This document shows positions 16,718 to 25,783 of a DNA stretch of 39,835 bases, one piece after another (the first letter of the stretch is position 1; every line of letters begins with the position of its first letter). The stretch covers positions 1 to 39,835 of the forward strand of contig CAZIHD010000003.1 of assembly GCA_964539015.1 (NCBI GenBank). The letters are read 5' to 3'. The notes below the pieces were generated by a model, which saw nothing but the letters and a program-made list of their open reading frames with translations, was not told where the DNA came from and did not search any database. Source of the DNA: an uncultured Gammaproteobacteria bacterium (GTDB lineage Bacteria; Patescibacteriota; Patescibacteriia; Patescibacteriales; UBA12465). A program made the translations under genes and the position numbers.

Positions 16718-18565
16718 ATGAAAAAACCGAAAACCGCAGCTATGATTGTGATCGCTAGTCTGGCGGTTTTTTTGTTTTTATTTATCTGGCTGAGGAACTC
16801 TGATCAGCCGGCCGGACCTGAAGACCAGCTTCGCGCCAATCTCTATTTCGGCGGCTTAAATATCAGTAATCTCACCCGCCGGGAAGCAGAAACGAAAATT
16901 ATCGATCGTTTTCAAGCTGTAGAAGATCAAGGTCTTATTTTTAATTATGAAAACCGAGAAATAACCGCTACGGCTGCAGTGGCCTCTTTTGATTCCGGCC
17001 CTTCTTATCAAAATTTTCAATATAACCGCGACAATCTTGCCAATCTTCTGACCAACTATAAACGCCCGGGTCTATTGGGTCGCTGGTGGCAAAAGATAAT
17101 CAAACCCGCCCCTACAGTGATTACTCCGGAATTTACTATCAACGAAGAAAAATTTAAATCATTCCTCAACGAATCATTTCCGGAAAGCACTAACCCGGCT
17201 ACTGACGCCGCTTTCAAATTTACTGACGGCGATATTGCCATTGAACCGGAAAAACCGGGCAAAGCGATCAATTGGGAAGAATTATTCGCGACCGTTCGCC
17301 AGCGCCTGAATTCCTTGGAAAATGGAACGATAAATATTAAGACTAAGACTGAATATCCGCAGATAATGGCGCGCGATTTAAACGGCTTAGAACAAGAAGC
17401 AAAAGATTTGACAGCCAAACCTTTAACTTTAACTTTTCAAAACAAGCAATGGCCGGTTGAACGAGAAAATATTGCCGCCTGGCTATCCATCCAAAAAAAC
17501 GACACCGGCTTGCAATTAAACTTTAGTCCGGAAAGAATCACCAAATACTTGACCGAAAAATTAGCGCCGGAAATAAATGTAGAAGCAAAGGCGCCGCGCT
17601 TTGAAATTAAAAACGGTAAAATTGATAATTGGCAATTAGGTGCCGACGGCTATGAACTAGATGCGGCGGCCAGTGCGCTAAAAATAATGGATGAATATAC
17701 GGCTGAAAGCAAAAGGCAAATTGAACTTACCATTAAAACAATCGCCCCGGAAACGGCTGAATCTTTAAATATCAAAGAAATTGTCGGTACCGGCACTTCT
17801 AATTTCGCCGGATCTTCCAGTAACCGCCGACATAATATTGCAGTCGGTATGGCTGCTATCAATGGCCTGGTTATTAAACCGGGAGAAGAGTTTTCATTAG
17901 TCAAAGCTTTAGGAGCAATTGATGCCGAAGCCGGTTATCTGCCGGAATTAGTCATCAAAACAAATAAGACCGTCAAAGAATATGGCGGCGGCCTCTGCCA
18001 AGTCGGCACCACTCTTTTCCGCACTGCTCTCGCTTCCGGATTGCCAATCACCGCCCGCCAAAATCATTCCTATCGTGTTTCTTATTATGAACCGGCAGGA
18101 ACCGATGCCGCCGTTTATGATCCATGGCCGGATGTCCGTTTTGTCAACGATACCGGCAACAGCCTCTTGATTCAAACACGGATGGAAGGCAATAATCTTA
18201 ACTTTGATTTTTGGGGAGTTAAAGACGGCCGGACGGTAGCCACGACTAAACCGGTAATATATAATATCACCAAGCCGGCTCCAGCCAAAATAATCGAGAG
18301 CGGAGATTTAAAACCGGGTGAAAAAAAATGTACCGAGAAAGCACATAACGGCGCCGATGCCTATTTTGATTACACGGTTATTTATCCCGAAGGCGCCAGC
18401 ACTACTCCCCTTGAAAAAACAAAAAGATTTAAATCCCACTATGTCCCCTGGCAAGAGGTCTGCTTAATAGGCAAAGATTCGGGCTTGGCTAAAACGGAAA
18501 CGGCGAGCAGTTCACCAACCGGAACCGTTGCTTCCTCAACCGCCACAACCACTGATAAAAATTAA
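16718..18565 (+). CDS. VanW-domain protein, membrane-anchored, with a Thr/Ser-rich C-terminal tail
   Basis: There is an N-terminal TM segment. The VanW core reads YGGGLCQVGTTLFRTALASGLPITARQNHSYRVSYY. Confidence 0.85.
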   Translation: MKKPKTAAMIVIASLAVFLFLFIWLRNSDQPAGPEDQLRANLYFGGLNISNLTRREAETKIIDRFQAVEDQGLIFNYENREITATAAVASFDSGPSYQNFQYNRDNLANLLTNYKRPGLLGRWWQKIIKPAPTVITPEFTINEEKFKSFLNESFPESTNPATDAAFKFTDGDIAIEPEKPGKAINWEELFATVRQRLNSLENGTINIKTKTEYPQIMARDLNGLEQEAKDLTAKPLTLTFQNKQWPVERENIAAWLSIQKNDTGLQLNFSPERITKYLTEKLAPEINVEAKAPRFEIKNGKIDNWQLGADGYELDAAASALKIMDEYTAESKRQIELTIKTIAPETAESLNIKEIVGTGTSNFAGSSSNRRHNIAVGMAAINGLVIKPGEEFSLVKALGAIDAEAGYLPELVIKTNKTVKEYGGGLCQVGTTLFRTALASGLPITARQNHSYRVSYYEPAGTDAAVYDPWPDVRFVNDTGNSLLIQTRMEGNNLNFDFWGVKDGRTVATTKPVIYNITKPAPAKIIESGDLKPGEKKCTEKAHNGADAYFDYTVIYPEGASTTPLEKTKRFKSHYVPWQEVCLIGKDSGLAKTETASSSPTGTVASSTATTTDKN

Positions 18566-18583
18566 ATTGTTTCTCGCAAAGAC

Positions 18584-18618
18584 ACCAAAAGCCCTTCCTT
18601 TCCGGAAGGGCTTTTGGT
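18584..18618. terminator. 15-bp GC-rich hairpin after the VanW gene
   Basis: accaaaagcccttcc pairs with ggaagggcttttggt. No clean U-tract follows on the + strand. It lies just past the 3' end of the minus-strand sRNA candidate. Confidence 0.55.
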
Positions 18619-18631
18619 AAAAAAGACAAAT

Positions 18632-18806
18632 AAAAAAAAGACCATCTCAAACGGGTAGGCAAGAAAATCTCTTCTAGGAATTACCGAGCCCGCTACCAAC
18701 GCTTAAATTAAGCGGCAATAGCAGGCCCAAAAAACCCTAGTAAGAAAATCCCCATGCTTGTCGTGCCTGACCCGTTTCAAATGGCCTTTATTTGTGTTTT
18801 AAGCAA
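18632..18806 (-). ncRNA. Candidate stand-alone structured small RNA (about 175 nt, rod-like, 6S-RNA-like architecture)
   Basis: A 20-bp closing helix pairs 18642-18661 with 18764-18784. An asymmetric internal loop follows, then helices ucuuacuagg/ccuagaaga and gccugcua/uagcgggc, then the apical hairpin cgcuua-auu-uaagcg (18700-18714). On the - strand the RNA ends in a run of 8 U (18632-18639). It has its own promoter at 18813-18841. Confidence 0.55.
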
Positions 18807-18812
18807 CTTGTT

Positions 18813-18841
18813 AATATATCATTCTCCTAACACTTTGTCAA
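18813..18841 (-). promoter_or_regulatory. Near-consensus promoter driving the candidate sRNA
   Basis: On the - strand: TTGACA (18841-18836), a 17-nt spacer, then TATATT (18818-18813). Confidence 0.6.
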
Positions 18842-18878
18842 TGGTGTTTATCCACAGTCAAAGATGGATTTAATTGTC

Positions 18879-19712
18879 TTAATATTTTTTAAAATAAATT
18901 TTACTATTATTAGAATAAAATAAGACGGAACCGGCTTGATCGGTCCGCCAAATTTTTATGCCGGCCTGTTTAATCCTGTTAACAACTTCGGAACTAGGAT
19001 GGCCATAACTATTGTTGGCGCCGACAGAAATGACCGCCATATCTGGACTGATTGCTGTCTGAAAACTCGGATCATTAGCGGAATCAGAGCCATGATGAGA
19101 AATTTTAAGTATTTGAGCCGACCAAACAAAGTCGGAGCTCAATAAAGATTTCTCCCTGGCTTGGCTGGCATCGCCGGCCGCCGCTACCGATAAACCGGCG
19201 CAATCAAAATGCAAGGCCAGAGATAAATCATTTTCATCTTTAGATTTTAAAAAAGAAGCGGCCGGAGGAAAAAGACAAAGAGAACAATCCGTTTCCAATA
19301 AAAGACAAAAATCAGCGGCCGGATATTTGACGACCGCGCCGTCTTTTTTCAGCGCCTCGAGCAAAGCCGCCGCCGCCGAGCCGGAAAGGCGCGCCGGTAA
19401 AAAAGCATTTTTAACTTTAAAACGAGCGGCAATTTCCGGCAGAGCCGCCAGATGATCGTCATGCCCATGGCTTAAAATTAAAAAATCAATTTTTTGCCGG
19501 CCGAAACCGAGCCAACGCTCCAAATCTTTCAAGCTTGACCAGTCCGGACCGCCGTCGACCACGATAATTTTACCTTGCGGTGTCTTCAAAGCAAAGGCAT
19601 CGCCTTGGCCGACATCAAAAAAAACCGCTTCCGCTCTTCCAGTATCAATCCGAAAAAGAGGCAGCAGACAAAAAGATATAAGGAAGAAAAAAAATAAGCG
19701 GCGCATGCTCAT
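18879..19712 (-). CDS. Secreted or membrane-anchored metallo-beta-lactamase-fold protein of the ComEC/Rec2 C-terminal-domain type
   Basis: The signal-like N-terminus is MSMRRLFFFFLISFCLLPLF. The HxHxDH motif is ILSHGHDDH, and KISHHGS is typical of the ComEC lactamase domain. The ORF track opens at a TTG at 19775, inside the upstream terminator, so I placed the start at ATG 19712; 19706 is an alternative. Confidence 0.8.
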   Translation of the reverse strand: MSMRRLFFFFLISFCLLPLFRIDTGRAEAVFFDVGQGDAFALKTPQGKIIVVDGGPDWSSLKDLERWLGFGRQKIDFLILSHGHDDHLAALPEIAARFKVKNAFLPARLSGSAAAALLEALKKDGAVVKYPAADFCLLLETDCSLCLFPPAASFLKSKDENDLSLALHFDCAGLSVAAAGDASQAREKSLLSSDFVWSAQILKISHHGSDSANDPSFQTAISPDMAVISVGANNSYGHPSSEVVNRIKQAGIKIWRTDQAGSVLFYSNNSKIYFKKY

Positions 19713-19773
19713 AATATTAGCATACGGGCGCTGAAACAATTTTAAATAAAAAATAAAATATTTCCGGCCATAC

Positions 19774-19799
19774 AAAAACCGCCCTTACGGGCGGCTTTT
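19774..19799 (-). terminator. Terminator after the histone-like gene
   Basis: ccgccc-ttac-gggcgg forms the hairpin, and a UUUUU tract follows on the - strand. Confidence 0.7.
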
Positions 19800-19830
19800 G
19801 TATAATTTTCAAAACAATAAAACCGAAGTC

Positions 19831-20019
19831 TTATTTTTTCTTCGCGACTTTCTTAACCGCTTTCTTAGGAGCCGCTTTCTTTACAACTTTCTTTGCGACT
19901 TTCTTAACCGCTTTCTTAGGAGCCGCTTTCTTTACAACTTTCTTCATGATCTTCTTAGCGGCCGGCTTCTTAACAGCTTTCTTTACGATTTTTTTCACAG
20001 CTTTTTTCTTAGTAGCCAT
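19831..20019 (-). CDS. Histone H1-like / Hc1-like Lys-Ala-rich basic DNA-binding protein (62 aa)
   Basis: The sequence is MATKKKAVKKIVKKAVKKPAAKK...AAPKKAVKKVAKK. A strong SD, AAGGAGGTG, lies 7 nt upstream of ATG 20019. The gene has its own promoter and terminator. The antisense 130-aa ORF is an artefact. Confidence 0.8.
   Translation of the reverse strand: MATKKKAVKKIVKKAVKKPAAKKIMKKVVKKAAPKKAVKKVAKKVVKKAAPKKAVKKVAKKK
19844..19945. repeat. Tandem 51-bp direct repeat (2 copies, 50/51 identical) inside the histone-like gene
   Basis: gcgactttcttaaccgctttcttaggagccgctttctttacaactttctt occurs at 19844-19894 and again at 19895-19945. It encodes a duplicated 17-aa unit, KKAAPKKAVKKVAKKVV. Confidence 0.9.
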
Positions 20020-20115
20020 ATTGCTCACCTCCTTTCTGGGAAATATCCCATTTATCATTTTCTAAAAAAATCTTTAAAAATTTTTTTAGAAATATTTTTT
20101 TATTCAACTGTTAAT

Positions 20116-20144
20116 ATTATACCTCTAACCAAATTTTATAGCAA
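20116..20144 (-). promoter_or_regulatory. Promoter of the histone-like gene
   Basis: On the - strand: TTGCTA (20144-20139), a 17-nt spacer, then TATAAT (20121-20116). The roughly 90-nt leader contains an all-AT inverted repeat at 20061-20090. Confidence 0.6.
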
Positions 20145-20214
20145 TAGTTTTTCGACAAAATGCCGGCAAACAAAAAAATTAAAATCTTGATGCGAAATCA
20201 CTTAACGGAGGCTT

Positions 20215-20243
20215 GATTAAAAAAGAGAGCTAAGCTCTCTTTT
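20215..20243 (-). terminator. Terminator after glyQS
   Basis: aaaagagagc-taa-gctctctttt forms the hairpin, followed by U residues on the - strand. Confidence 0.7.
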
Positions 20244-20271
20244 AAAAAAATATTTTTGAAAGAATTAAAAA

Positions 20272-21651
20272 TTAAAATTTAGTCTGGAAATAATCTTTAA
20301 TCGTTTCCGTTTTTATTTTTTCTTGCTGCATGCTGTCGCGATCGCGCACGGTGACTTCGCCTTTTTCCAAAGTATCGAAATCAACCGTCAAGCAGAAAGG
20401 CGTGCCGATCTCATCCTGGCGGCGGTAACGCTTGCCGATATTGCCATTATCGTCAAACTCGCAAGTATAAGACGAACGCAAATCTTCATATATTTCTCGA
20501 GCTTTAGCTACTAATTCCGGCTTATTTTTCAAGAGCGGAAAAACGGCAATTTTAACCGGCGCCAATTTGAAAGGCAGATGCAAAACAATTCTTTCTTCCT
20601 TGTCGCCAACGGCTTCTTCCTGATAAGCGGATAGAAGAGCAGCCAAGACGGCGCGATCAACCCCGAAGGTCGGTTCAAGCACATGCGGCACGAAGCGGCG
20701 GCCGGCTTGTTGATCAAAATATTCCAGTTTCTGGCCGGAAAATTCCGCATGGCGCTTTAAATCAAAATCGCCGCGATGAGCCATCCCAAATAATTCCTGC
20801 ATACCAAAAGGAAAAGTATATTCAATATCAACCGTCTTCCGAGAATAATGGGATAATTTCTCTTGCGGATGCTGATACCGGCGGCGCGATTCTGCCGGCA
20901 GACCTAAGTCTAAGCAAAAAGCTTCTTGCTCGGATAATAATTTTTCAAACAAAGGTTCCCACTCTTGTTCCGGATCGAAAAAATACTCGAGTTCCATTTG
21001 TTCAAATTCACGAACTCGAAAAATAAAATTACCGGTAACAATTTCATTGCGGAAAGCTTTACCGATTTGAGCGATGCCAAAAGGCAATTTCGGGCGCATC
21101 GTATCCAGAATATTATTAAATTCTACAAAAATGGCGCCGGCAGTTTCGGGGCGCAAATAAACCGGACCGTCAATGCCGTTCATTTCCGTCTTAAACATCA
21201 AGCTGAGAAAACGCGCTTCAGCCCAATCTTTGGCGCCGCAAAAAGGACAAACAACCCGCCCGGAATGTAAAACGGCATTTAATTTTTCTAAATCTCCTTC
21301 CAAATCTTCGCCGGTCGCTTCGGCCACGAGATGATCGGCACGAAAACGTTTTTTACATTTTTTACAATCGACCATGGCATCATTAAAACCTTCAGTGTGG
21401 CCGCTGGCTTGCCAGAGGCGGGGATTCAAAATAATCGGACCGTCGATACCATAAACTTCATCGCGATCCGTAACAAAGCGCCGCCACCAAAGCGCCTTAA
21501 TATTATTTTTTAAAGCTAAACCGTAAGGACCGTAGCTATAGCTGCTACCAAAACCGCCGTAGATCTCACACGCCGGAAAAATAAAACCGCGGCGCTTGGC
21601 GAGAGAAACAATTTTGTCCATCATTTGGTCACTAGTCTGATTTTTTTCCAT
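20272..21651 (-). CDS. glyQS: Glycine--tRNA ligase (single-chain, class II, GlyQS type)
   Basis: The 459-aa protein has the N-terminus DKIVSLAKRRGFIFPACEIYGG, followed by FRNE and class II motifs and a C-terminal anticodon-binding domain. Confidence 0.93.
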   Translation of the reverse strand: MEKNQTSDQMMDKIVSLAKRRGFIFPACEIYGGFGSSYSYGPYGLALKNNIKALWWRRFVTDRDEVYGIDGPIILNPRLWQASGHTEGFNDAMVDCKKCKKRFRADHLVAEATGEDLEGDLEKLNAVLHSGRVVCPFCGAKDWAEARFLSLMFKTEMNGIDGPVYLRPETAGAIFVEFNNILDTMRPKLPFGIAQIGKAFRNEIVTGNFIFRVREFEQMELEYFFDPEQEWEPLFEKLLSEQEAFCLDLGLPAESRRRYQHPQEKLSHYSRKTVDIEYTFPFGMQELFGMAHRGDFDLKRHAEFSGQKLEYFDQQAGRRFVPHVLEPTFGVDRAVLAALLSAYQEEAVGDKEERIVLHLPFKLAPVKIAVFPLLKNKPELVAKAREIYEDLRSSYTCEFDDNGNIGKRYRRQDEIGTPFCLTVDFDTLEKGEVTVRDRDSMQQEKIKTETIKDYFQTKF

Positions 21652-21696
21652 ATCATTGAATAATAATTAATATATCTAATGCTTTCTTCTGATAAA

Positions 21697-23385
21697 TTAC
21701 ATTTCTTCCAAATAGGCAAAACCTAAAAGCCGGAAACCATTTTCCAAAACCTGGCGGACGGCGCGCAATAAGTTCAAACGTGCCGCCGCTAACGGCGCCT
21801 CAGCGTTTAAAATCGGAACTTCATGATAATAATCATTAAAGGCTTGCGCCAATTCAAATAAATAACGGGCAATGATTGAAGGATCGCGCTGAGCGCCAGC
21901 TTTGATTACCGCTTCAAAAAATTTCTCTAAATATAAAGCCAAAAATATTTCTTTAGCGTGCACTAATCGAGAATAATCAGCGGCGGCTCCTTCTGTTCCC
22001 GCTTTGCGCAAGATGCTGGCCAAACGAGCGCCGGTATATTGCAAGTAAGCGGCGGTAAAACCGTCAAAACGCAGAGCTTCGTTCGGATCAAAAGTGATTA
22101 CTTTATCAGCGCTGATTTTTAACATTTCAAATTTCAAAGCGGCCACCGCCAGAGCTTCCGCCGTTGTCTTAATTTTTTCTTCAGGCCAATCCTTATGTCT
22201 GGCCGCCACCTCTTTTTTAGCGCGGCTCGAGGCTTCATCGGCAATCTGATTGTAAGTAATAATATTGCCGCTGCGCGAAGACATCATCCCGTTCGGCAGA
22301 GTAACAAAATCATAACCGAGATGAGTAATATTAAATTTTTCACCCGCCAATTCAAAAATCTTGGCTAATTGCTGAAAATACAAACCCTGGCGGATATCGA
22401 CGACGTAAACCGATTCCTGCAATTGATAATCTCGGAATTTCTGCCGCGCCAGAGCTAAATCAGCCACCGGATAGAGAGCGGTGCCGTCGGAACGAATAAT
22501 CGGCAAGACGCCCAGTCCGTCAGCTTCAAGATTGGCGATAATAGCGCCTTGACTGCGGATAAAAATATCGCGATTTAAAAAATCAGCAACAATTTTCAGG
22601 CCTTCGGTAATAACTTCGCTCTCGTAAAAAATATGCTCGAACTTGATGCCAAGGCGCTGATAAATCTCATCAAAATAAGCAATACTCCAGGCCCTGGTTT
22701 CCTGCCATAATTCATAAAAATCGCCTTGCCGGCTTTCAATCGCCTGCATAACCGCGCCGACTTCGGCCTTAGCTTGTTTATCATCGCCGATGGCCGCGAC
22801 GGCGGCGCTATAGCATTCTCCCAGCAGTTTTCCTTTCGGCCCGGAAACTTGGGCATATTCCGGATGGCGGCGCCAATTCCATAAAGTCTTAGCGACATGG
22901 ATGCCAAAATCATTAATATAAGAAACGGAAATTGCTCGATAGCCGTTAAAATTCAAAATTTTCTGCACCGCGTCGCCATAAAATAGATTACGCAGATGGC
23001 CGACATGATATTCCTTGTGCGTATTCGCATTAGAATATTCCAACATTATTCTTTCCCCCTGCCCCTTATCGTTCCGGCCAAAATCAATGCCTGCCGACTG
23101 AATTTCCCCGATTGTACTCGCCAATAGAGCTTCCGGCGCCAAAAAAATATTCAAATAAGGGCCGACAGCTTTTATTTCTTTAATTAATTTTAATAATTCC
23201 GGATTGGCCTTGATAGTGTCAACGGCGACCTGGGCAAGAGCCGCCGGATTCTGTCCGCAGCTCTTGGCCTGGTTAAATAAAGGCAAGCTTAAATCGCCTA
23301 ATTCCGGCTGAGGCGGATAAACAAAATCATCCGGATTAACCTTTAATTCGGCGGCAAACTTATTTTTTATATCAATTAAATACAT
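21697..23385 (-). CDS. argS: Arginine--tRNA ligase
   Basis: The HIGH motif is HVGHLRN, the MSSR(S)G motif replaces KMSKS, and the DALR anticodon-binding C-terminus ends in ...EEM. Confidence 0.93.
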   Translation of the reverse strand: MYLIDIKNKFAAELKVNPDDFVYPPQPELGDLSLPLFNQAKSCGQNPAALAQVAVDTIKANPELLKLIKEIKAVGPYLNIFLAPEALLASTIGEIQSAGIDFGRNDKGQGERIMLEYSNANTHKEYHVGHLRNLFYGDAVQKILNFNGYRAISVSYINDFGIHVAKTLWNWRRHPEYAQVSGPKGKLLGECYSAAVAAIGDDKQAKAEVGAVMQAIESRQGDFYELWQETRAWSIAYFDEIYQRLGIKFEHIFYESEVITEGLKIVADFLNRDIFIRSQGAIIANLEADGLGVLPIIRSDGTALYPVADLALARQKFRDYQLQESVYVVDIRQGLYFQQLAKIFELAGEKFNITHLGYDFVTLPNGMMSSRSGNIITYNQIADEASSRAKKEVAARHKDWPEEKIKTTAEALAVAALKFEMLKISADKVITFDPNEALRFDGFTAAYLQYTGARLASILRKAGTEGAAADYSRLVHAKEIFLALYLEKFFEAVIKAGAQRDPSIIARYLFELAQAFNDYYHEVPILNAEAPLAAARLNLLRAVRQVLENGFRLLGFAYLEEM

Positions 23386-23388
23386 AAA

Positions 23389-24618
23389 TTATTCAGTCGC
23401 AATCTTGACAAACTGGCGTTTGCCTCTTTGAACAATCAAGCCGTTTTTAACTTCTACTTCCGCCTGGCTGTCAATTATCGCCGCTAAATTATTACTAAAA
23501 CCAATCTTCAAGCCGCCCTGTTCAATCACGCGCCTAGCTTCACCGCGGCTGGCGGCCAAGCCTAAGGCAAAAACTAAATCAATAAGCTTATATTTTCCGG
23601 CGGCCTGGACTTTTGTTTCAATATCAACCGGCACTTCTTTATTTTGAACGGTTTGAATAAAATGGGATTGAGCTTTATCGGCTTCAGCTTCGCCGTGGTT
23701 AATCTTGGTTATCTCCCAAGCCAAGCGCATCTTCAAATCACGGGGGTTAGCTTGGCCTTTCTCCAAATTTGAAGTTAAAATTTGCGCTTCCGCCCAGGGA
23801 ATAAAAGTACAAAGTTCAAAAGCCGAAGCGAGGACACCATCCGGCCAAGACATGACTTTACCATACATATCTATCGGATTTTCATTTAAAAAAACGATAT
23901 TGCCTTCACTTTTTCCCATTTTTTTGCCTTCACTGTCGGTTAAAAGCTTCATTGTCAAAACGCTCTTATCCTTATTCTTTAAAGTTTTTAAGAGATCGCG
24001 GCCGCACATCATATTAAACATCTGATCATTGCCGCCGACTTCAACGTCAACATCCAGAACGACACTATCATAAGCTTGAACCAGGGGATAGAAAAACTCA
24101 TGTAAAAAAATCGGCTTTTCTTCGGCCAAACGCTTTTGGAACATATCGCGCTGAATCATTTGCTGAACAGTAAAATTAGAAGCCAAATCAATCAAATCCT
24201 TAAAGATCAGCTTATCGTTCCATTCATTATTATATCTGACTTCGGCCGGATTATCACCGCCGAAATTAAGATAAGCGCTGGCTTGCTGTTGAAAATTAAC
24301 GGCGTTTGCCATCACTTCTTCACGGCTTAATTGCCGGCGCGCCGCGCTTTTATCCGTCGGATCGCCAATCATACCGGTAAAGCTGCCGATTAAAAAAATA
24401 ACCTTATGGCCCAGACGTTGAAATTGAGCTAATTTAGCTAAAGCGATGGCATTGCCAATATGCAAGGCGGACGCGCTGGGATCAAAACCGCAATATAAAC
24501 GCAAAACCTGGCCGCCAGTTAATTGTTTTTCCAAATCATTACGGCTGGGGTAAATTTTTTCCACGCCGCGCCCTAAAATTTCGGCGATTAGCAACTGACG
24601 AGAATCTGTTTTTTCCAT
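23389..24618 (-). CDS. tyrS: Tyrosine--tRNA ligase with a C-terminal S4-like domain
   Basis: Motifs are GFDPSASALHIGN (HIGH) and KMGKS. The C-terminus reads SRGEARRVIEQGGLKI. Confidence 0.93.
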   Translation of the reverse strand: MEKTDSRQLLIAEILGRGVEKIYPSRNDLEKQLTGGQVLRLYCGFDPSASALHIGNAIALAKLAQFQRLGHKVIFLIGSFTGMIGDPTDKSAARRQLSREEVMANAVNFQQQASAYLNFGGDNPAEVRYNNEWNDKLIFKDLIDLASNFTVQQMIQRDMFQKRLAEEKPIFLHEFFYPLVQAYDSVVLDVDVEVGGNDQMFNMMCGRDLLKTLKNKDKSVLTMKLLTDSEGKKMGKSEGNIVFLNENPIDMYGKVMSWPDGVLASAFELCTFIPWAEAQILTSNLEKGQANPRDLKMRLAWEITKINHGEAEADKAQSHFIQTVQNKEVPVDIETKVQAAGKYKLIDLVFALGLAASRGEARRVIEQGGLKIGFSNNLAAIIDSQAEVEVKNGLIVQRGKRQFVKIATE

Positions 24619-24734
24619 AAATGCTTGGTAATAATTTCTTAAATATGTTATAATAGTAGCAAACCTAGCTTAATTTTTCAATCAAAAAAAGGCTGGGGTT
24701 TTATCTTTATTATATTAGCTAATTAAACAAACGT

Positions 24735-25706
24735 ATGTTCTCTTACCGCTTTTTTCTAAAACAAGCTTGGAACATTACCAAGCGTTACCGGCATCTCTGG
24801 TTTTTCGGCATTTTTGCCGCGTTAACTGCCATTGGCGGCGAATATCAAATTATCGCCCAGAGCGCCAACAACAATCTCGGCGGTAATTTTATCAACGGCG
24901 GCATCTTCGTCCTCTACAATCTCTTTAATCCTAGTTTATATACGAGTATTCACAATTTAGCCGCTGCCAATCCTTCAGCTTTCTGGTCGTTGATATCTGT
25001 TTTTGCTTTAGCGGCCGTCTTAATAATAATTATGGTTTATCTGGCGATTATTTCGCAGGCGGCGTTAGTTGAACAGAGCGCCCGGATTATCACAAGCAAA
25101 AAAAAGAAAGAAAAATTAAGCATCGGCGAAGGCATGACTTTCGGACGCCGGCATTTTTGGCACGTCCTCGGCTTAGACATCACCAATAGTTTGGTAATTA
25201 CCCTGTGCTCCTTATTAATCAGCTTGCCTTTACTCTTTTTATTTATTACCGACGCTGGCATTTTAACCTTATTATATTTAATTTTATTTGTCATTTTTGT
25301 ACCTGTTTCCCTGGCCATCGCCTTTATCATCAAATATGCAATTGCCGCCCGCGTCTTAGAAAACAAAAGTTTTGTCGCTTCCCTGGAACAAGGCTGGCAA
25401 ATCTTCAAGCAAAATTGGCTAGTCAGTTTAGAGATGGCTTTAATCTTATTTATAATTAATTTTGCAGCCAGTCTGGTAACCCTGCTAATCATCTTCTTGT
25501 TTCTGGTGCCGCTGCTCGTTCTCTCTATCCAGTTATTCCTTCCTTTTTTAACCGCCTTGAGCTTTTTGTTAATTTTAATGACCATGATTTTTGCCGCTTC
25601 CCTCTTAAATACTTTTCAGATTTCTTCCTGGACCGGGCTATTTTTGCACTTACAAAACAAAAAGGGGCTGAGTAAACTAGAAAGATTATTCCATCGTGCC
25701 CGCTAA
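24735..25706 (+). CDS. Hypothetical polytopic membrane protein
   Basis: The 323-aa protein has about 6-7 hydrophobic helices. The antisense 182-aa ORF is a Lys-rich artefact. Confidence 0.6.
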   Translation: MFSYRFFLKQAWNITKRYRHLWFFGIFAALTAIGGEYQIIAQSANNNLGGNFINGGIFVLYNLFNPSLYTSIHNLAAANPSAFWSLISVFALAAVLIIIMVYLAIISQAALVEQSARIITSKKKKEKLSIGEGMTFGRRHFWHVLGLDITNSLVITLCSLLISLPLLFLFITDAGILTLLYLILFVIFVPVSLAIAFIIKYAIAARVLENKSFVASLEQGWQIFKQNWLVSLEMALILFIINFAASLVTLLIIFLFLVPLLVLSIQLFLPFLTALSFLLILMTMIFAASLLNTFQISSWTGLFLHLQNKKGLSKLERLFHRAR

Positions 25707-25783
25707 ATTAATTTTTTTCTGCTAGCCGCGGCCCGGACTGTCGATTTGTCGGCGGTCTAACCGCGGCTATTAAATAAGCCGCT

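Noticed and set aside
19844-19945. Direct repeats considered as a possible CRISPR or minisatellite array
   Set aside because: There are only two contiguous copies with no spacers, and they lie in frame within a coding sequence. This is a simple intragenic duplication.
19798-20190. 130-aa plus-strand ORF with FLNRFLRSRFLYNFL repeats
   Set aside because: It is the antisense reading of the Lys/Ala-rich gene. The minus-strand gene has a strong SD, a promoter and a terminator, and the plus ORF has none of these.
25037-25585. 182-aa minus-strand Lys-rich ORF
   Set aside because: It lies entirely antisense within a hydrophobic membrane-protein gene. The Lys and Asn richness is the mirror image of Phe, Leu and Ile codons.
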